From the NCBI GenBank assembly GCA_016873475.1, contig VGXI01000002.1:1-60847 (forward strand): 60,847 bases of DNA, given 5' to 3'. Below the pieces are notes generated by a model, which saw only the letters and a list, made by a program, of their open reading frames with translations, was not told where the DNA came from and did not search any database. The first letter of the stretch is position 1. Every line of letters starts with the position of its first letter. The translations under genes and the position numbers were made by a program. Shown here piece by piece: positions 27,387-37,095 of this stretch. The stretch comes from a bacterium. GTDB lineage: Bacteria > Krumholzibacteriota > Krumholzibacteriia > JACNKJ01.

Positions 27387-28196
27387 CTACGAGCCCTCGG
27401 CGTGTCCCGACTCGTCCCTTCTTGCCAGCCGGAGGCGTTCCAATCGGCTTCTAAGATCAGCCAGTCCTTCTTGCTTCACTGCACCGGGATACTGCCGATC
27501 TGAGGCCTCTAGGAAGCGAATCTGCGCTACCAGCCGATGTACATCTCCCGCTTTGAGGGTCGATGCCAACAGCTCCGCCACGCTTCGGTAGTTGTGGAGG
27601 AATGGTATCCCATCCAGTAGTGCGCCTCGTGTGGCGAAGAGCTCAATGTCGTCAGTTAGCGATTCACTTGCGTCTGCACCTCGGGCCTCGCAATAGAGCC
27701 CATAGCAGAGCCTCAGACATGCTAGGAACTGCATGCTGGCCCCTTCTGCCCTGCCCCATCTCCCATAGGCCGCTATCACGTCCAGGGGTGGCGAGGATAG
27801 ATTCAGGACTACCCGAAGCTCGGGCATCGCTGCCGTCAAGGCCGAGGGGAGTTCTTCCACGGTGCTGCAGTCTGGAATGCCCCGCTCGCGGAGGGTGCGG
27901 GCAAACTGCTCGAGCAGCGCATTGACTTGGCTGAGTGCAGAGTAGCGTCCGATCTTCTCGATCTCTACCCTCTGCAGAGCGATCTCCTGTAGTTGGTTCG
28001 CTATCTGCTTTCGCTGGAGCCGGATCTCCTCGGACTGCTGGCGGATGCCAGCAATTAGCCACACCACGGCGATAGCGGATGTAACAGCTGCGATGAACTC
28101 ACCGAGGTTCGCAGCCGACTCCCCGCTTGAAGCCAACGAATAGGCGAGGATCGCGACAACAAGCAGGGCTCCGGAGATCAGCCAAGCGATCTTCAT
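27387..28196 (-). CDS. Membrane-anchored coiled-coil protein, no family recognised
   Basis: [21 protein letters not shown]...[15 protein letters not shown] (two TM helices) followed by heptad-like [32 protein letters not shown] 28196-28194 overlaps the TGA of the upstream Fe-S gene (ATGA). One 60-nt line here hand-counts 34/60 G+C. Confidence 0.7.
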   Translation of the reverse strand: MKIAWLISGALLVVAILAYSLASSGESAANLGEFIAAVTSAIAVVWLIAGIRQQSEEIRLQRKQIANQLQEIALQRVEIEKIGRYSALSQVNALLEQFARTLRERGIPDCSTVEELPSALTAAMPELRVVLNLSSPPLDVIAAYGRWGRAEGASMQFLACLRLCYGLYCEARGADASESLTDDIELFATRGALLDGIPFLHNYRSVAELLASTLKAGDVHRLVAQIRFLEASDRQYPGAVKQEGLADLRSRLERLRLARRDESGHAEGS

Positions 28197-30262
28197 TGAG
28201 TCGATCTGCCTTGGACGCCTGAGACCGCGATCAGCAGCTCCGCCACGTCCTTCGTCGCCACACTCTCCCCCGCCCCCTTGGCCTTGACGCCGTCCGAGAG
28301 CATCGTCAAGCAGAAGGGGCAGGCGCTGGCGACGGTGGCCGCGCCGGTGGCGATCGCCTCCGCAGCGCGGTTCTCGTTGATGCGCGTGCCGAGGGTCTCC
28401 TCCATCCACATGCGGCCGCCGCCGGCGCCGCAGCAGAAGCCCTTCTCGCGGCTCCGCGGCATCTCGACCAGCTCGGCGCCGGCCGCCTCGAGCAGGGCGC
28501 GCGGGGCGTCGTAGATGCCGTTGTGCCGGCCCAGGTAGCAGGAGTCGTGGTAGCTGACCTTCTGGCCGGCGAGCGTGGCCGCGGGCCTCAGCCGCCCGGC
28601 CACAACGAGGCGCGCGAGGAACTCGGCGTGATGGGTCACCTCGAAGCTGCCGCCGAAGTCGGGGTACTCGCTCGCCAGCGTGTTGAAGCAGTGCGGGCAA
28701 GCGGTAAGCACCTTCTTCACCCCGAGCGCCTTGAACTGCTCCACGTTCGTGCGCGCCTGCATGTCGCCGAGGTACTCGTTGCCGATGCGCCGGGCGGGAT
28801 CGCCGCAGCACTTCTCCTCGGCGCCGAGGATCGCGAAGTCCACGCCCGCTTCCTTGAGTAGCCGCGCAAAGGCGACGCTGATCTGCTTGTTCCGGTCGTC
28901 GAAGCTGCCCAGGCAGCCCACGTAGAAGAGGTACTCGGCGTCCGGCTTTTCGGCGAGCGTCGGGATGCCCAGCCCCGCGGCCCAGGCGCCACGCTCGGTG
29001 TAGGGGATCTGCCAGGGGTTGCTGTTCGTCTCCAGGTTCTTGAGGGCGAGCTGCACTTCGGGCGCGACGGCGCCCTGCATCATCACCAGGCTGCGGCGGT
29101 AGTCGACGATCTCCTGGATGTGCTCGTTGAACACCGGGCAGGCGGCTTCGCAGGCGCCGCAGGTGGTGCAAGCCCAGATGGCGTCCACCGCGAAGACCTC
29201 GCCGACCAGGGCGGCCTTCGCCTTGGCGGGCGCACTGTCGGGCAGCGGCCCGCCGGCGCTCGCCAGCAGCGCGCCGCCCTTGGCGATCACGTGCTCCTTC
29301 ACGTGGTGCATCATCATGTAGGGCGAGAGCGGCTTGCCCGTGGCGTAGGCCGGGCACTCGTTCTGGCAGCGCCCGCACTCGGTGCAGGCGTAGTGGTCGA
29401 GCATCTGCTTCCAGGTGAGGTCGGCCAGCTCGTCCTTGCCGTACTTGGTGAGCGTCTCGTCGGCGAAGTTGATCGTGCTCAGGCGCGCGCGGGCCTCGCC
29501 GGGCAGGCGGCGGAAGATCATGTTCGGTGCCGCCATCAGGATGTGCAGGTGCTTGCTGTAGGGGATGTAGGCGAGAAGGCCCAGAATCAGCAGGTTGTGC
29601 AGCCACCAGCTCGCCGCGATGATCGCTGCCAGCCCCTCCGCACCGCGCGCGCGGAACAGCCCCACCCACCGCTGGCTCACGAAAGAGAGGCGCATGCCGC
29701 CGCTCCACTCGCGCGCGCCCTCCATCCAGGCCAGGCGCGCCTCGGCTGCGCGGCCGATCCACATGAGGAGCACGAGCGCCGCGATCCAGCTCAGGATCAG
29801 CGTCGCGTCGCGCCGCGTGCCGGGGTCGTCGCTCTCCAGGCGCTTGGGTTTCACGGCCCAGCGGCGAACGAGCGCGACGGCGATCGCCACCAGCACCGCG
29901 AGGCCGAGCAGGTCCAGCAGCAGCCCGAAGACCGCGTAGGCGCCGGGCCCGACGATGGCCTCGTAGGTGAAGCCGCCCGCAAAGGCGCGGATGAAGCTCT
30001 CCAGCGTGCCCAGGCTGAGCAGGATGAAGCCCCAGAAGATGAAGAAGTGGCCTAGCCCGGCCGGCTCGCGCAGCACGCTCCGCTGCCCGAAGAAGTAGAC
30101 GAGGATCGCCCGCCAGCGCTCGTCCATGCGTTCGCTGCGCGCATCGGGCTTGCCGAGCATGAGGATGCGCACCAGCCGCCGGAGGGTCCAGGCGAAGAAC
30201 GCGAGCGTGGCGACGAGGACGAGGGCGAAGAGCAGGTTCGTGGGGAACTGGCCGGGCAGCAT
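28193..30262 (-). CDS. Membrane-bound (Fe-S)-binding oxidoreductase, HdrD/GlpC-like (N-terminal multi-TM domain, 2x[4Fe-4S] motifs, two CCG domains)
   Basis: ORF 28193..30262. [13 protein letters not shown] and [13 protein letters not shown] ferredoxin motifs. CCG motifs EEKCCGDPA and [10 protein letters not shown]. About six N-terminal hydrophobic helices. Confidence 0.9.
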   Translation of the reverse strand: MLPGQFPTNLLFALVLVATLAFFAWTLRRLVRILMLGKPDARSERMDERWRAILVYFFGQRSVLREPAGLGHFFIFWGFILLSLGTLESFIRAFAGGFTYEAIVGPGAYAVFGLLLDLLGLAVLVAIAVALVRRWAVKPKRLESDDPGTRRDATLILSWIAALVLLMWIGRAAEARLAWMEGAREWSGGMRLSFVSQRWVGLFRARGAEGLAAIIAASWWLHNLLILGLLAYIPYSKHLHILMAAPNMIFRRLPGEARARLSTINFADETLTKYGKDELADLTWKQMLDHYACTECGRCQNECPAYATGKPLSPYMMMHHVKEHVIAKGGALLASAGGPLPDSAPAKAKAALVGEVFAVDAIWACTTCGACEAACPVFNEHIQEIVDYRRSLVMMQGAVAPEVQLALKNLETNSNPWQIPYTERGAWAAGLGIPTLAEKPDAEYLFYVGCLGSFDDRNKQISVAFARLLKEAGVDFAILGAEEKCCGDPARRIGNEYLGDMQARTNVEQFKALGVKKVLTACPHCFNTLASEYPDFGGSFEVTHHAEFLARLVVAGRLRPAATLAGQKVSYHDSCYLGRHNGIYDAPRALLEAAGAELVEMPRSREKGFCCGAGGGRMWMEETLGTRINENRAAEAIATGAATVASACPFCLTMLSDGVKAKGAGESVATKDVAELLIAVSGVQGRSTQ

Positions 30263-30282
30263 GGGCGCTCCTTATCGCGGCG

Positions 30283-31707
30283 CTAGCGATCCTTCGCGAA
30301 CGCGAAGCCGACGCCGAGCGCCTTGGCATTCGCCTCGATCAGGTTCTTGCGCTTGAGCGCGAGCGGCAGCGTCTGCTCCATGGCCGCCAGACTGAGGATG
30401 CCCGACTTCGCCAGGTAGGCGCCGACCATGATCGTGTTCGCCATGCGCGTGTTGCCGAGATCCTCGGCCATCTGCGTGGCCGGCACGGCGAGCGCTTCGA
30501 TGTCGCCGCGCTTGGGCGGCACGTCGATGATCGTCGAGTCGTACATGAGCAGCGCGCCCGGGTGCAGGTCCGCCGCGAACTTCTCCAGGCTGGGCCGATT
30601 GAAGGCCATCAACACGTCCGGGTGTGTCACGGTAGGGCTGCCGATCGGCTCCGCGTTGATGCAGACGAAGCAGTAGGCGGTGCCGCCGCGCATCTCAGGG
30701 CCGTAGCTCGGGATCCAGCTCGTGTGGAAGCCCTGCTCCATGCCGGCGTTGGCGATCATCGCCCCGGCCGAGAGGATGCCCTGACCGCCGAAGCCGGCCA
30801 GCTTGATGCTCGGGTTCGCGTAGCGCGGATCCCGCAGCGCGCTCGGCAGGCGCTTGGGTTCGGCCAGCGCGAGGTCGAGCGCCGCGAGCAGCGCTTCGTC
30901 CTCGACGGCGATCTTCTCGCGGAACCAGGGTTCGCGCTGCTCGCGCAGGTCCTTCGTGATGCCGAGCGGGAAGAAGGGCCCCATGTTCTCCTTCATCCAC
31001 TCGGACTGATGGGCGGGATCGACCTTCCAGCCCGACGGGCAGGCACTGAGGATCTCGACCATCGAGAAGCCGCGCCCCTCCATCTGACAGCGCAGGGCGT
31101 TGCGGATGGCCCGGCGCGTGTTCGAGATCGCCTTGTTGTCCCAGAGTGCCGTGCGCTCGATGTAGGTGGGGCCCTCCAGGTTGGCCAAGAACTCGGCCAT
31201 CTTCATCGGCGGGCCCTCGTTGTGGATGTCGCGACCGTAGGGCGTGGTGGTCGTCTTCATGCCGGGCAGCGAGGTCGGCGCCAACTGGCCGCCCGTCATC
31301 CCGTAGATGGCGTTGTTCACGAAGAACACGGTCAGGTGTTCGCCACGGTTGGCGGCCTGGAGAATCTCGTTGCCGCCGATCGCCGCCAGGTCGCCGTCGC
31401 CCTGGTAGCAGACGACGATCGCGTGCGGGTTGGCGCGCTTGAGCGCGGTGGCCACCGCCGGCGCCCGCCCGTGCGCGACCTGGATGTTGCCCGTGGCGAA
31501 GTAGTAGTAGACGAAGACCGAGCAGCCGACCGGGCTGACCATGATCATCCGGTCCTGGAGCTCCAGATCCTCGATGGCCTCGGCGATCAGCTTGTGGATG
31601 TTGCCGTGGCCGCAGCCGGGGCAGTAGTGCGTCGCGCCCTTGTCGCCCGGCTTGCGCTCGAATTCCGCGTAGAAGCCCTTGGGCCGCTCCAGGATCTTCT
31701 TGGCCAT
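30283..31707 (-). CDS. 2-oxoacid:ferredoxin oxidoreductase, fused beta (TPP-binding) and gamma subunits
   Basis: ORF 30283..31707. HYCPGCGHG, GDGDLAAIGGNE, NNAIYGMTGGQ (beta), then IKLAGFGGQGILSAG...SYGPEMRGG (gamma). Confidence 0.92.
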   Translation of the reverse strand: MAKKILERPKGFYAEFERKPGDKGATHYCPGCGHGNIHKLIAEAIEDLELQDRMIMVSPVGCSVFVYYYFATGNIQVAHGRAPAVATALKRANPHAIVVCYQGDGDLAAIGGNEILQAANRGEHLTVFFVNNAIYGMTGGQLAPTSLPGMKTTTTPYGRDIHNEGPPMKMAEFLANLEGPTYIERTALWDNKAISNTRRAIRNALRCQMEGRGFSMVEILSACPSGWKVDPAHQSEWMKENMGPFFPLGITKDLREQREPWFREKIAVEDEALLAALDLALAEPKRLPSALRDPRYANPSIKLAGFGGQGILSAGAMIANAGMEQGFHTSWIPSYGPEMRGGTAYCFVCINAEPIGSPTVTHPDVLMAFNRPSLEKFAADLHPGALLMYDSTIIDVPPKRGDIEALAVPATQMAEDLGNTRMANTIMVGAYLAKSGILSLAAMEQTLPLALKRKNLIEANAKALGVGFAFAKDR

Positions 31708-31717
31708 CAGGTCCTCC

Positions 31718-32779
31718 TCAGGCGGTGGCGGTGACGGACAGCTGGCCCTTCACCACGGCGTAGATCTCCTCGACCGTCGGCACGTTGCCGCCCATGCGGC
31801 CGTAGAAGTGCACCGGCACCCGCCCCTCGACGGCGAGGCGGATGTCCTCGACCATCTGACCGTTGGACAGTTCGCAGACCAGGAAGCCCTTCACCCGGCC
31901 TGCCAGCTCCGCGACGCGGACGCTCGGATAGGGGCAGAGTGTGATCGGCCGCAGGAGGCCGAGGCGATGGCCGTCGGCGCGCCCGCGCTCGACCACCGAG
32001 CGCAGGATGCGGCTGACGATCCCGTAGCCGACGAGCACGAAGTCGGCGTCGCCCGTGTGGTACTCCTCGACCATCACCTCGCGCTCGGCGATCAGCGCGT
32101 ACTTCGCCTGCAAGTGCCGGTTGTGGCTCTCCAGCTCGTCCGGATCCAGGAAGATCGAGTTGATCAGGTTCGCGTCGCTGATCTTCTCGCCCCGGAGCGC
32201 CCAGGGCTTCGCGGGCAGGCCCTTCACCGGCGGCGGAAACTCGACGGGCTCCATCATCTGGCCGATGTAGCCGTCGGCGAGGATCAGCGCCGGGTTGCGG
32301 TAGCGATCCGCGAGTTCGAAGGCCCTGATCGTCAGGTCGCACATCTCCTGAGCGCTGTTGGGGGCGAGTACGATCAGCTTGTAGTTGCCGTGTCCGCCGC
32401 CCTTGACCGCCTGGAAGTAATCGCTCTGCTCGGGGGCGATGTTGCCCAGCCCCGGACCGCCGCGCATGATGTCGACGACGACGCAGGGCAGTTCGCTGCC
32501 GGCCAGGTAGCTCAGGCCCTCCTGCTTGAGGCTCATGCCGGGGCCCGAGGAGGCGGTCATCGTGCGCTCGCCGGCCGCGGCGGCGCCGTAGACCATCTGG
32601 ATGGAGCCGATCTCGCTCTCGGCCTGCAGGAAGGTGCGCCCGACGCGCGGGAAGTACTTGGCCGCCGCGTGGGCGATCTCGCTGGCCGGCGTGATCGGGT
32701 AACCGTAGAAGGACTCGCAGCCGGCGAGGAGCGCGGCCTTGACGATGGCATCGTTGCCCTTGATGAACTCCTTGGCCAC
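31718..32779 (-). CDS. 2-oxoacid:ferredoxin oxidoreductase alpha subunit
   Basis: ORF 31718..32779. [45 protein letters not shown]. Confidence 0.93.
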   Translation of the reverse strand: MAKEFIKGNDAIVKAALLAGCESFYGYPITPASEIAHAAAKYFPRVGRTFLQAESEIGSIQMVYGAAAAGERTMTASSGPGMSLKQEGLSYLAGSELPCVVVDIMRGGPGLGNIAPEQSDYFQAVKGGGHGNYKLIVLAPNSAQEMCDLTIRAFELADRYRNPALILADGYIGQMMEPVEFPPPVKGLPAKPWALRGEKISDANLINSIFLDPDELESHNRHLQAKYALIAEREVMVEEYHTGDADFVLVGYGIVSRILRSVVERGRADGHRLGLLRPITLCPYPSVRVAELAGRVKGFLVCELSNGQMVEDIRLAVEGRVPVHFYGRMGGNVPTVEEIYAVVKGQLSVTATA

Positions 32780-32792
32780 GGCGGACCTCCCC

Positions 32793-33035
32793 TCAGTCCG
32801 AGTACTCGGCGCCCTTCTTGTAGACCGTGATCGCGGCGGGCTCCGGGCAGGCGTAGAAGCACATGCCGCAGCCCGTGCAGCCCTCGCCGAGGTAGTGGGC
32901 CGGGTGGTAGCCGCGGCTGTTGAAGCTGGAGCGCAGGGCGAGGCAGCTCTGGGGACAGGCGATCACGCAGAGGCTGCAGCCCTTGCAGTGTTCGGGCGAG
33001 ACGACAGTGATGGCCTGGTCGAGGATGCGGATCAT
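32793..33035 (-). CDS. 2-oxoacid:ferredoxin oxidoreductase delta subunit (2x[4Fe-4S] ferredoxin)
   Basis: [28 protein letters not shown]...[12 protein letters not shown] from ATG 33035 inside ORF 32793..33197. Confidence 0.85.
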   Translation of the reverse strand: MIRILDQAITVVSPEHCKGCSLCVIACPQSCLALRSSFNSRGYHPAHYLGEGCTGCGMCFYACPEPAAITVYKKGAEYSD

Positions 33036-33138
33036 GCTCGGACGCCCGCCTTTCTTCGCTGCCGGCGAAGCCGCCGTCGCGCGGGCCCGGCGCCGCGGCC
33101 ATACCGGAAATGCAGGCCCTGACGGCCGATTCGGCCAC

Positions 33139-33167
33139 AAAGTAGTGAGGGCCTCAGGGGATGTCAA
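33139..33167 (-). promoter_or_regulatory. Candidate promoter of the OFOR operon
   Basis: Minus strand reads TTGACA (33167-33162), 17 nt, TACTTT (33144-33139), about 100 nt upstream of the delta-subunit ATG. Confidence 0.5.
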
Positions 33168-33191
33168 CCCGGCGAGGGCGGGGCGGCAAAC

Positions 33192-33226
33192 GCGCAAGGC
33201 GGCGACCTGCGATCGCCGCCTTGCGC
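33192..33226 (-). terminator. Strong hairpin after the ParA-like gene (possible terminator)
   Basis: Perfect 14-bp stem: gcgcaaggcggcga 33192-33205 pairs with tcgccgccttgcgc 33213-33226, with a 7-nt loop. Only a short GTTTG follows on the minus strand. Confidence 0.5.
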
Positions 33227-33256
33227 CGAGACCAGACGGCCCGCCCGGGGTCAGAC

Positions 33257-34345
33257 CTAGTGGTAGTAGTCGTCCTCGCTGCCGCCGTCGTAGTCGTCGA
33301 GGCTGGGACGGTGGTTGCCGCTGCCGTCGTCGTCCTCGCCGGCGAGGACATCTTCGAGGGAAACGAAGCGCTCATCGTCCTCGCGCTCGAACCCCTCCTC
33401 GGGTGCGGCCTCGAGCGCCCAGTCGGCCTCGGCGGGATCGGGATCGCCGACCAGGGCCGCGGCGCCCTCCAGGGCGCGCGCCTTCACCGGCACCGGCGGC
33501 GTCAGCGAGAACTCCGCGCTGCCCAGGCCGAGCGCCTGCAGCTCGTCGACGACGGCCGCTTTCAGGCTGCCCTGGCCGGCGGCGAAGGCGCCGAGCAGCT
33601 CGTCGGCCAACTCGCCGAAGGCCGTCGCCGCCAAGCCGCTGCGGTTGAACTGGTTCACGGGTCGCCCGCGCTTGGCCACCTCGGCCAGGCGCACGCTGCG
33701 GGGGATGACCGTCGTGAACACCTGACCCGCGTACTCCTCGCGCACGCGAGCGACGACATCGGCGGCCAGACGCGTGCGCGGGTCGACGAGATTGAGCACG
33801 ATGCCGAGTAGGCCGGGGATGCGCCGGCCCTGGCGGCGCATCTCATCGAGCCCGTCGAAGAGACGCGGCAGGGCGCGATAGGCCAGCTCCTCGGCCTGCA
33901 GCGGCACGAGGAAGTCGTCGGCAGCCTGGAGCGCGGCGCTCGTGAGCGCACCGAGGTTCGGCGGGCAATCGAGCAGCACGCAATCGTAGCTGCGCTTGAG
34001 TCGCTCGACCTGCGCCGCGAGGCGCTCGGGAAAGCGCTGCGCGCCATCCTGCAGCTCGCGCTCTTCCTCGCGCGACCAGACGTTGCTCGTGATGAAGTCC
34101 AGGTTCGCCGTTCCGCTTGGCTGGATCGCGGCGCCGGGATCGCCCTCGAGATCGAAGAAGTCGAGCAGACCGTTGTCGATGTCGAAGCGGCTCTTGCCGA
34201 AGCAGCTGACGATCCCGCACTGTGGGTCGATGCCCACGAGCAGGCAGCGCTTCCCCTTCTCGGCGAGGGTCGCCGCCAGGTTGACCGCGATGGTCGTCTT
34301 GCCGACCCCGCCCTTGGGGCAAACAACGGCGACACTCCGTCCCAT
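33257..34345 (-). CDS. ParA/MinD-family ATPase with ~110-aa acidic C-terminal extension
   Basis: ORF 33257..34345. Deviant Walker [20 protein letters not shown]. The tail ends ...[47 protein letters not shown]. No ParB-like neighbour. Confidence 0.9.
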   Translation of the reverse strand: MGRSVAVVCPKGGVGKTTIAVNLAATLAEKGKRCLLVGIDPQCGIVSCFGKSRFDIDNGLLDFFDLEGDPGAAIQPSGTANLDFITSNVWSREEERELQDGAQRFPERLAAQVERLKRSYDCVLLDCPPNLGALTSAALQAADDFLVPLQAEELAYRALPRLFDGLDEMRRQGRRIPGLLGIVLNLVDPRTRLAADVVARVREEYAGQVFTTVIPRSVRLAEVAKRGRPVNQFNRSGLAATAFGELADELLGAFAAGQGSLKAAVVDELQALGLGSAEFSLTPPVPVKARALEGAAALVGDPDPAEADWALEAAPEEGFEREDDERFVSLEDVLAGEDDDGSGNHRPSLDDYDGGSEDDYYH

Positions 34346-34500
34346 GTGACCTCCTCTGGTGCGAACGCTCCGGGTCTCGTCGAGCGGCAGGAGCTGCTGA
34401 ACAGGTTCAGTGTGCGTGCGGACCCGCGCACTCTAAGCGCGGGGGTCGGGCCTGGCAAGTGGATTTGCAGGGACCGGAAACTCGGGCCGGTGCCGCGGGC

Positions 34501-34734
34501 CTAGCCCCAGAGGGCCTTCACGTTGCTCCAGCTCGTCGGAGCGACGTCCGTGGCGCGAGTGGCCAGCGCGGCGCTGTCCGGCGTCGGCTCGGCATTGCCG
34601 GCCGGCGCTTCGCGATTAACTTCAGGGGCCGGGGGCGGGCTCTCGGGGGGCGGCGCGGCGGTCTCCTCGGCAAGGGCGAACCCCGCGAGGCTCAGCAGGA
34701 GCAAACCGATCAGGACGCGCGAACCGGTGTGCAT
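34501..34734 (-). CDS. Small Pro-rich secreted protein (77 aa)
   Basis: ORF 34501..34734 with an AGGAAGGA RBS. Signal peptide MHTGSRVLIGLLLLSLAGFALA. No family recognised. Confidence 0.5.
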   Translation of the reverse strand: MHTGSRVLIGLLLLSLAGFALAEETAAPPPESPPPAPEVNREAPAGNAEPTPDSAALATRATDVAPTSWSNVKALWG

Positions 34735-34828
34735 GGGGATCCTTCCTGCTTGTGATCGGATGCGGTTGCGGGCACAATTCTAGTCCAGCCTGGGAGCCGC
34801 TTCAAGGCCCCCGGTCCGAAAGGTCGCC

Positions 34829-37018
34829 GTGGCGGAACTCCGGTTTCGGATCAAGGGCATGAGTTGCGCCTCCTGCGTCGGCAAGGTGGAGAAGGCGCTG
34901 GCCGGCATTCCGGGCGTGGAACAGGTGAGCGTCAACCTGGCGACGGCCGAGGCCCGGGTCCAGGGACGGGGCCACCTGCCCGCCCTGGGGCTGCTCGAGG
35001 CCGTCCACCGGATCGGCTTCGAGGCCGACCCCCTGCTGGACGACGAGTTCCTCCACGAGCCGCCCTCGGCGATCGAGGACCCGGCCGCCCTGCGCCGCGA
35101 CCTCTGGCTGGCGCTGCCGCTCGCCGCCCTGCTCATGGTCCTCGGCATGTTCGGGCCCATGGACCTGCGCTGGGGACTCGTTCAGGGGATCCTGGCCACG
35201 GTGGTGCTGGCCTGGCCCGGCCGCCGCTTCTTTCGCCGCGCCTGGCAGCTCGCCCGCCACCGGCAGAGCGCCATGGAGACCCTGATCGCTCTCGGCACCG
35301 GCGCCGCCTGGCTGAGCTCCTGGACCAGCCTGCTGCTCGGCGCGCAGCAGGGCGGGCACGCCAGCCACCTCTACTTCGAGAGCGCGGGGGTGATCATCGC
35401 CCTCGTCCTGCTCGGCCGGAGCCTGGAGGGCGGCGCCCGCGACCGCGCCGCCGACTCCCTGCGCGAGCTGGCGCGCCTGCTGCCCGAGCGCGCGCTCCGG
35501 GTCAACGACGAGGGCGGCGAGGAGGAGGTTCCCACGGGCGCCGTGCGCCCAGGCGACCGCCTGCGCGTGCAGGCCGGCAGCAAGGTGCCGGTCGACGGCA
35601 GCGTCATCCTCGGCGAGGGAGCACTCGACGAGTCCATGCTCACGGGGGAGAGTCGCCAGGTGCGCCGTCAGATCGGCGAGGCGGTGACCGCGGGCACGCT
35701 GCTCGTCGACGGCTCCTTCGAGATGCGCGTCGGCGCGGTGGGGGAGCAGACCGTCCTCGCCGGCATCCTCCGCCTGGTGCGCGACGCCCAGGCCTCGAAG
35801 GCGCCCGTGCAGCGGCTGGCCGACCGGGTCGCCGGCATCTTCGTGCCGATCGTGCTCGGCCTCGCCCTGCTCACCGTGCTGCTGCACTTCGCGATCGCGC
35901 CCGAGCTGGGGGCCGTGCAGATCCTGATGCGGGGCGTCGCGGTGCTGATCATCGCCTGTCCCTGCGCGCTCGGGCTCGCCACACCGACGGCCATCCTCGT
36001 CGGCAGCGGCCTCGCCGCTCGGCACGGCATCCTCTTTCGCGAGGCCGCCAGCCTGGAGCGCTTGCAGGCCGTGCGCATCCTGGCGATGGACAAGACGGGC
36101 ACGATCACCCGCGGCCGGCCGCAGGTGGCGCGCTTCCTGCCCGTGGGCACCGAGCCGCGGGAGCAGCTGCTGCGCTTCGTCGCCGCGGCCGAGAGCGCCG
36201 TCAGCCATCCCATCGCCCAGGCCCTGCGCGACTACTGCCGGGAGCGCAGCGAGGGGACCGCCTTCGCCCTGGCCGTGGTCTCGCGCCCGGGCGGCGGCCT
36301 GCGCGCGGAGATCTCGGGCAAGCAGCTCGTGGTCGGCGCGCCCTGGTTTCTCGAGAGCGAAGGCATCGATCTCTCCGAGTCCGGCGAGCTGCTCGGCGAG
36401 CTGGAGGAGAGCGGTCTGACGCCGGTGCTGGCAGCGCTCGAGGGCCGCCTCGAGGCCGCGTTCGGCCTCGAGGACGCCCTGCGGCCGGAGGTGCCGGCCC
36501 TCGTCGCGCAGCTCAAGGCGCTGGGCATCGAGCCGCTGCTGCTGTCCGGGGATCGCCCCGAGGCGGTGCGGCGCGCGGCCGCCCAGGCGGGCATCGAGCG
36601 CTTCGCCGCCGGCCTGCGCCCCGATCAGAAGGCGCGGCGCCTGCGGGAGGCCTCGCCGGAGGGCATCGGCGTCGCCATGCTCGGCGACGGCGTCAACGAC
36701 GCACCGGCGCTCGCCGCCGCCGAGGTCGGCATCGCCCTGGCGAGCGGCAGCGATCTCGCCATGGCCAGCGCGCCGGTGACACTGGTGCACGGTCACCTCG
36801 GCCGCGTGCTCGACGCCTTCCGCCTCTCCGCGCGCACCCTGCGCACCATCCGCGAGAACCTCTTCTGGGCCTTCGTCTACAACGTGCTCGCGATTCCCCT
36901 GGCCGCATTCGGCGTCCTGAACCCGATGATCGCCGCCGCCGCGATGGCGGCGAGCAGCCTCTTCGTCGTTTCCAACAGCCTGCGGCTGCGCGCCTTCAGC
37001 TTCGGCAAGGGGCGCTGA
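34829..37018 (+). CDS. copA: Copper-translocating P1B-type ATPase
   Basis: ORF 34829..37018 (GTG start). HMA domain GMSCASCVGKVE, CPC motif IIACPCALGLATP, DKTGTIT, GDGVNDAPAL. Confidence 0.95.
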   Translation: MAELRFRIKGMSCASCVGKVEKALAGIPGVEQVSVNLATAEARVQGRGHLPALGLLEAVHRIGFEADPLLDDEFLHEPPSAIEDPAALRRDLWLALPLAALLMVLGMFGPMDLRWGLVQGILATVVLAWPGRRFFRRAWQLARHRQSAMETLIALGTGAAWLSSWTSLLLGAQQGGHASHLYFESAGVIIALVLLGRSLEGGARDRAADSLRELARLLPERALRVNDEGGEEEVPTGAVRPGDRLRVQAGSKVPVDGSVILGEGALDESMLTGESRQVRRQIGEAVTAGTLLVDGSFEMRVGAVGEQTVLAGILRLVRDAQASKAPVQRLADRVAGIFVPIVLGLALLTVLLHFAIAPELGAVQILMRGVAVLIIACPCALGLATPTAILVGSGLAARHGILFREAASLERLQAVRILAMDKTGTITRGRPQVARFLPVGTEPREQLLRFVAAAESAVSHPIAQALRDYCRERSEGTAFALAVVSRPGGGLRAEISGKQLVVGAPWFLESEGIDLSESGELLGELEESGLTPVLAALEGRLEAAFGLEDALRPEVPALVAQLKALGIEPLLLSGDRPEAVRRAAAQAGIERFAAGLRPDQKARRLREASPEGIGVAMLGDGVNDAPALAAAEVGIALASGSDLAMASAPVTLVHGHLGRVLDAFRLSARTLRTIRENLFWAFVYNVLAIPLAAFGVLNPMIAAAAMAASSLFVVSNSLRLRAFSFGKGR

Positions 37019-37095
37019 TGCGGCTGCGTTGACAGGGGCGCCGACCTGTGTTTCCCTGCAGCGGAGCCCGAACCCCGACCGCCTGGAGAAGAACC

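Noticed and set aside
27387-30329. Single 980-aa minus-strand ORF in the track
   Set aside because: Its N-terminal 711 codons are an out-of-frame Arg/Pro-rich read-through of the Fe-S oxidoreductase gene (true frame 28193..30262). Only the last 269 codons, from ATG 28196, look like a real protein.
34802-37032. 664-aa minus ORF and 722-aa alternative plus-frame ORF across copA
   Set aside because: The copA frame is fixed by GMSCASC, CPC, DKTGT and GDGVNDAP. The others are Arg/Pro/Gly-rich artefacts.
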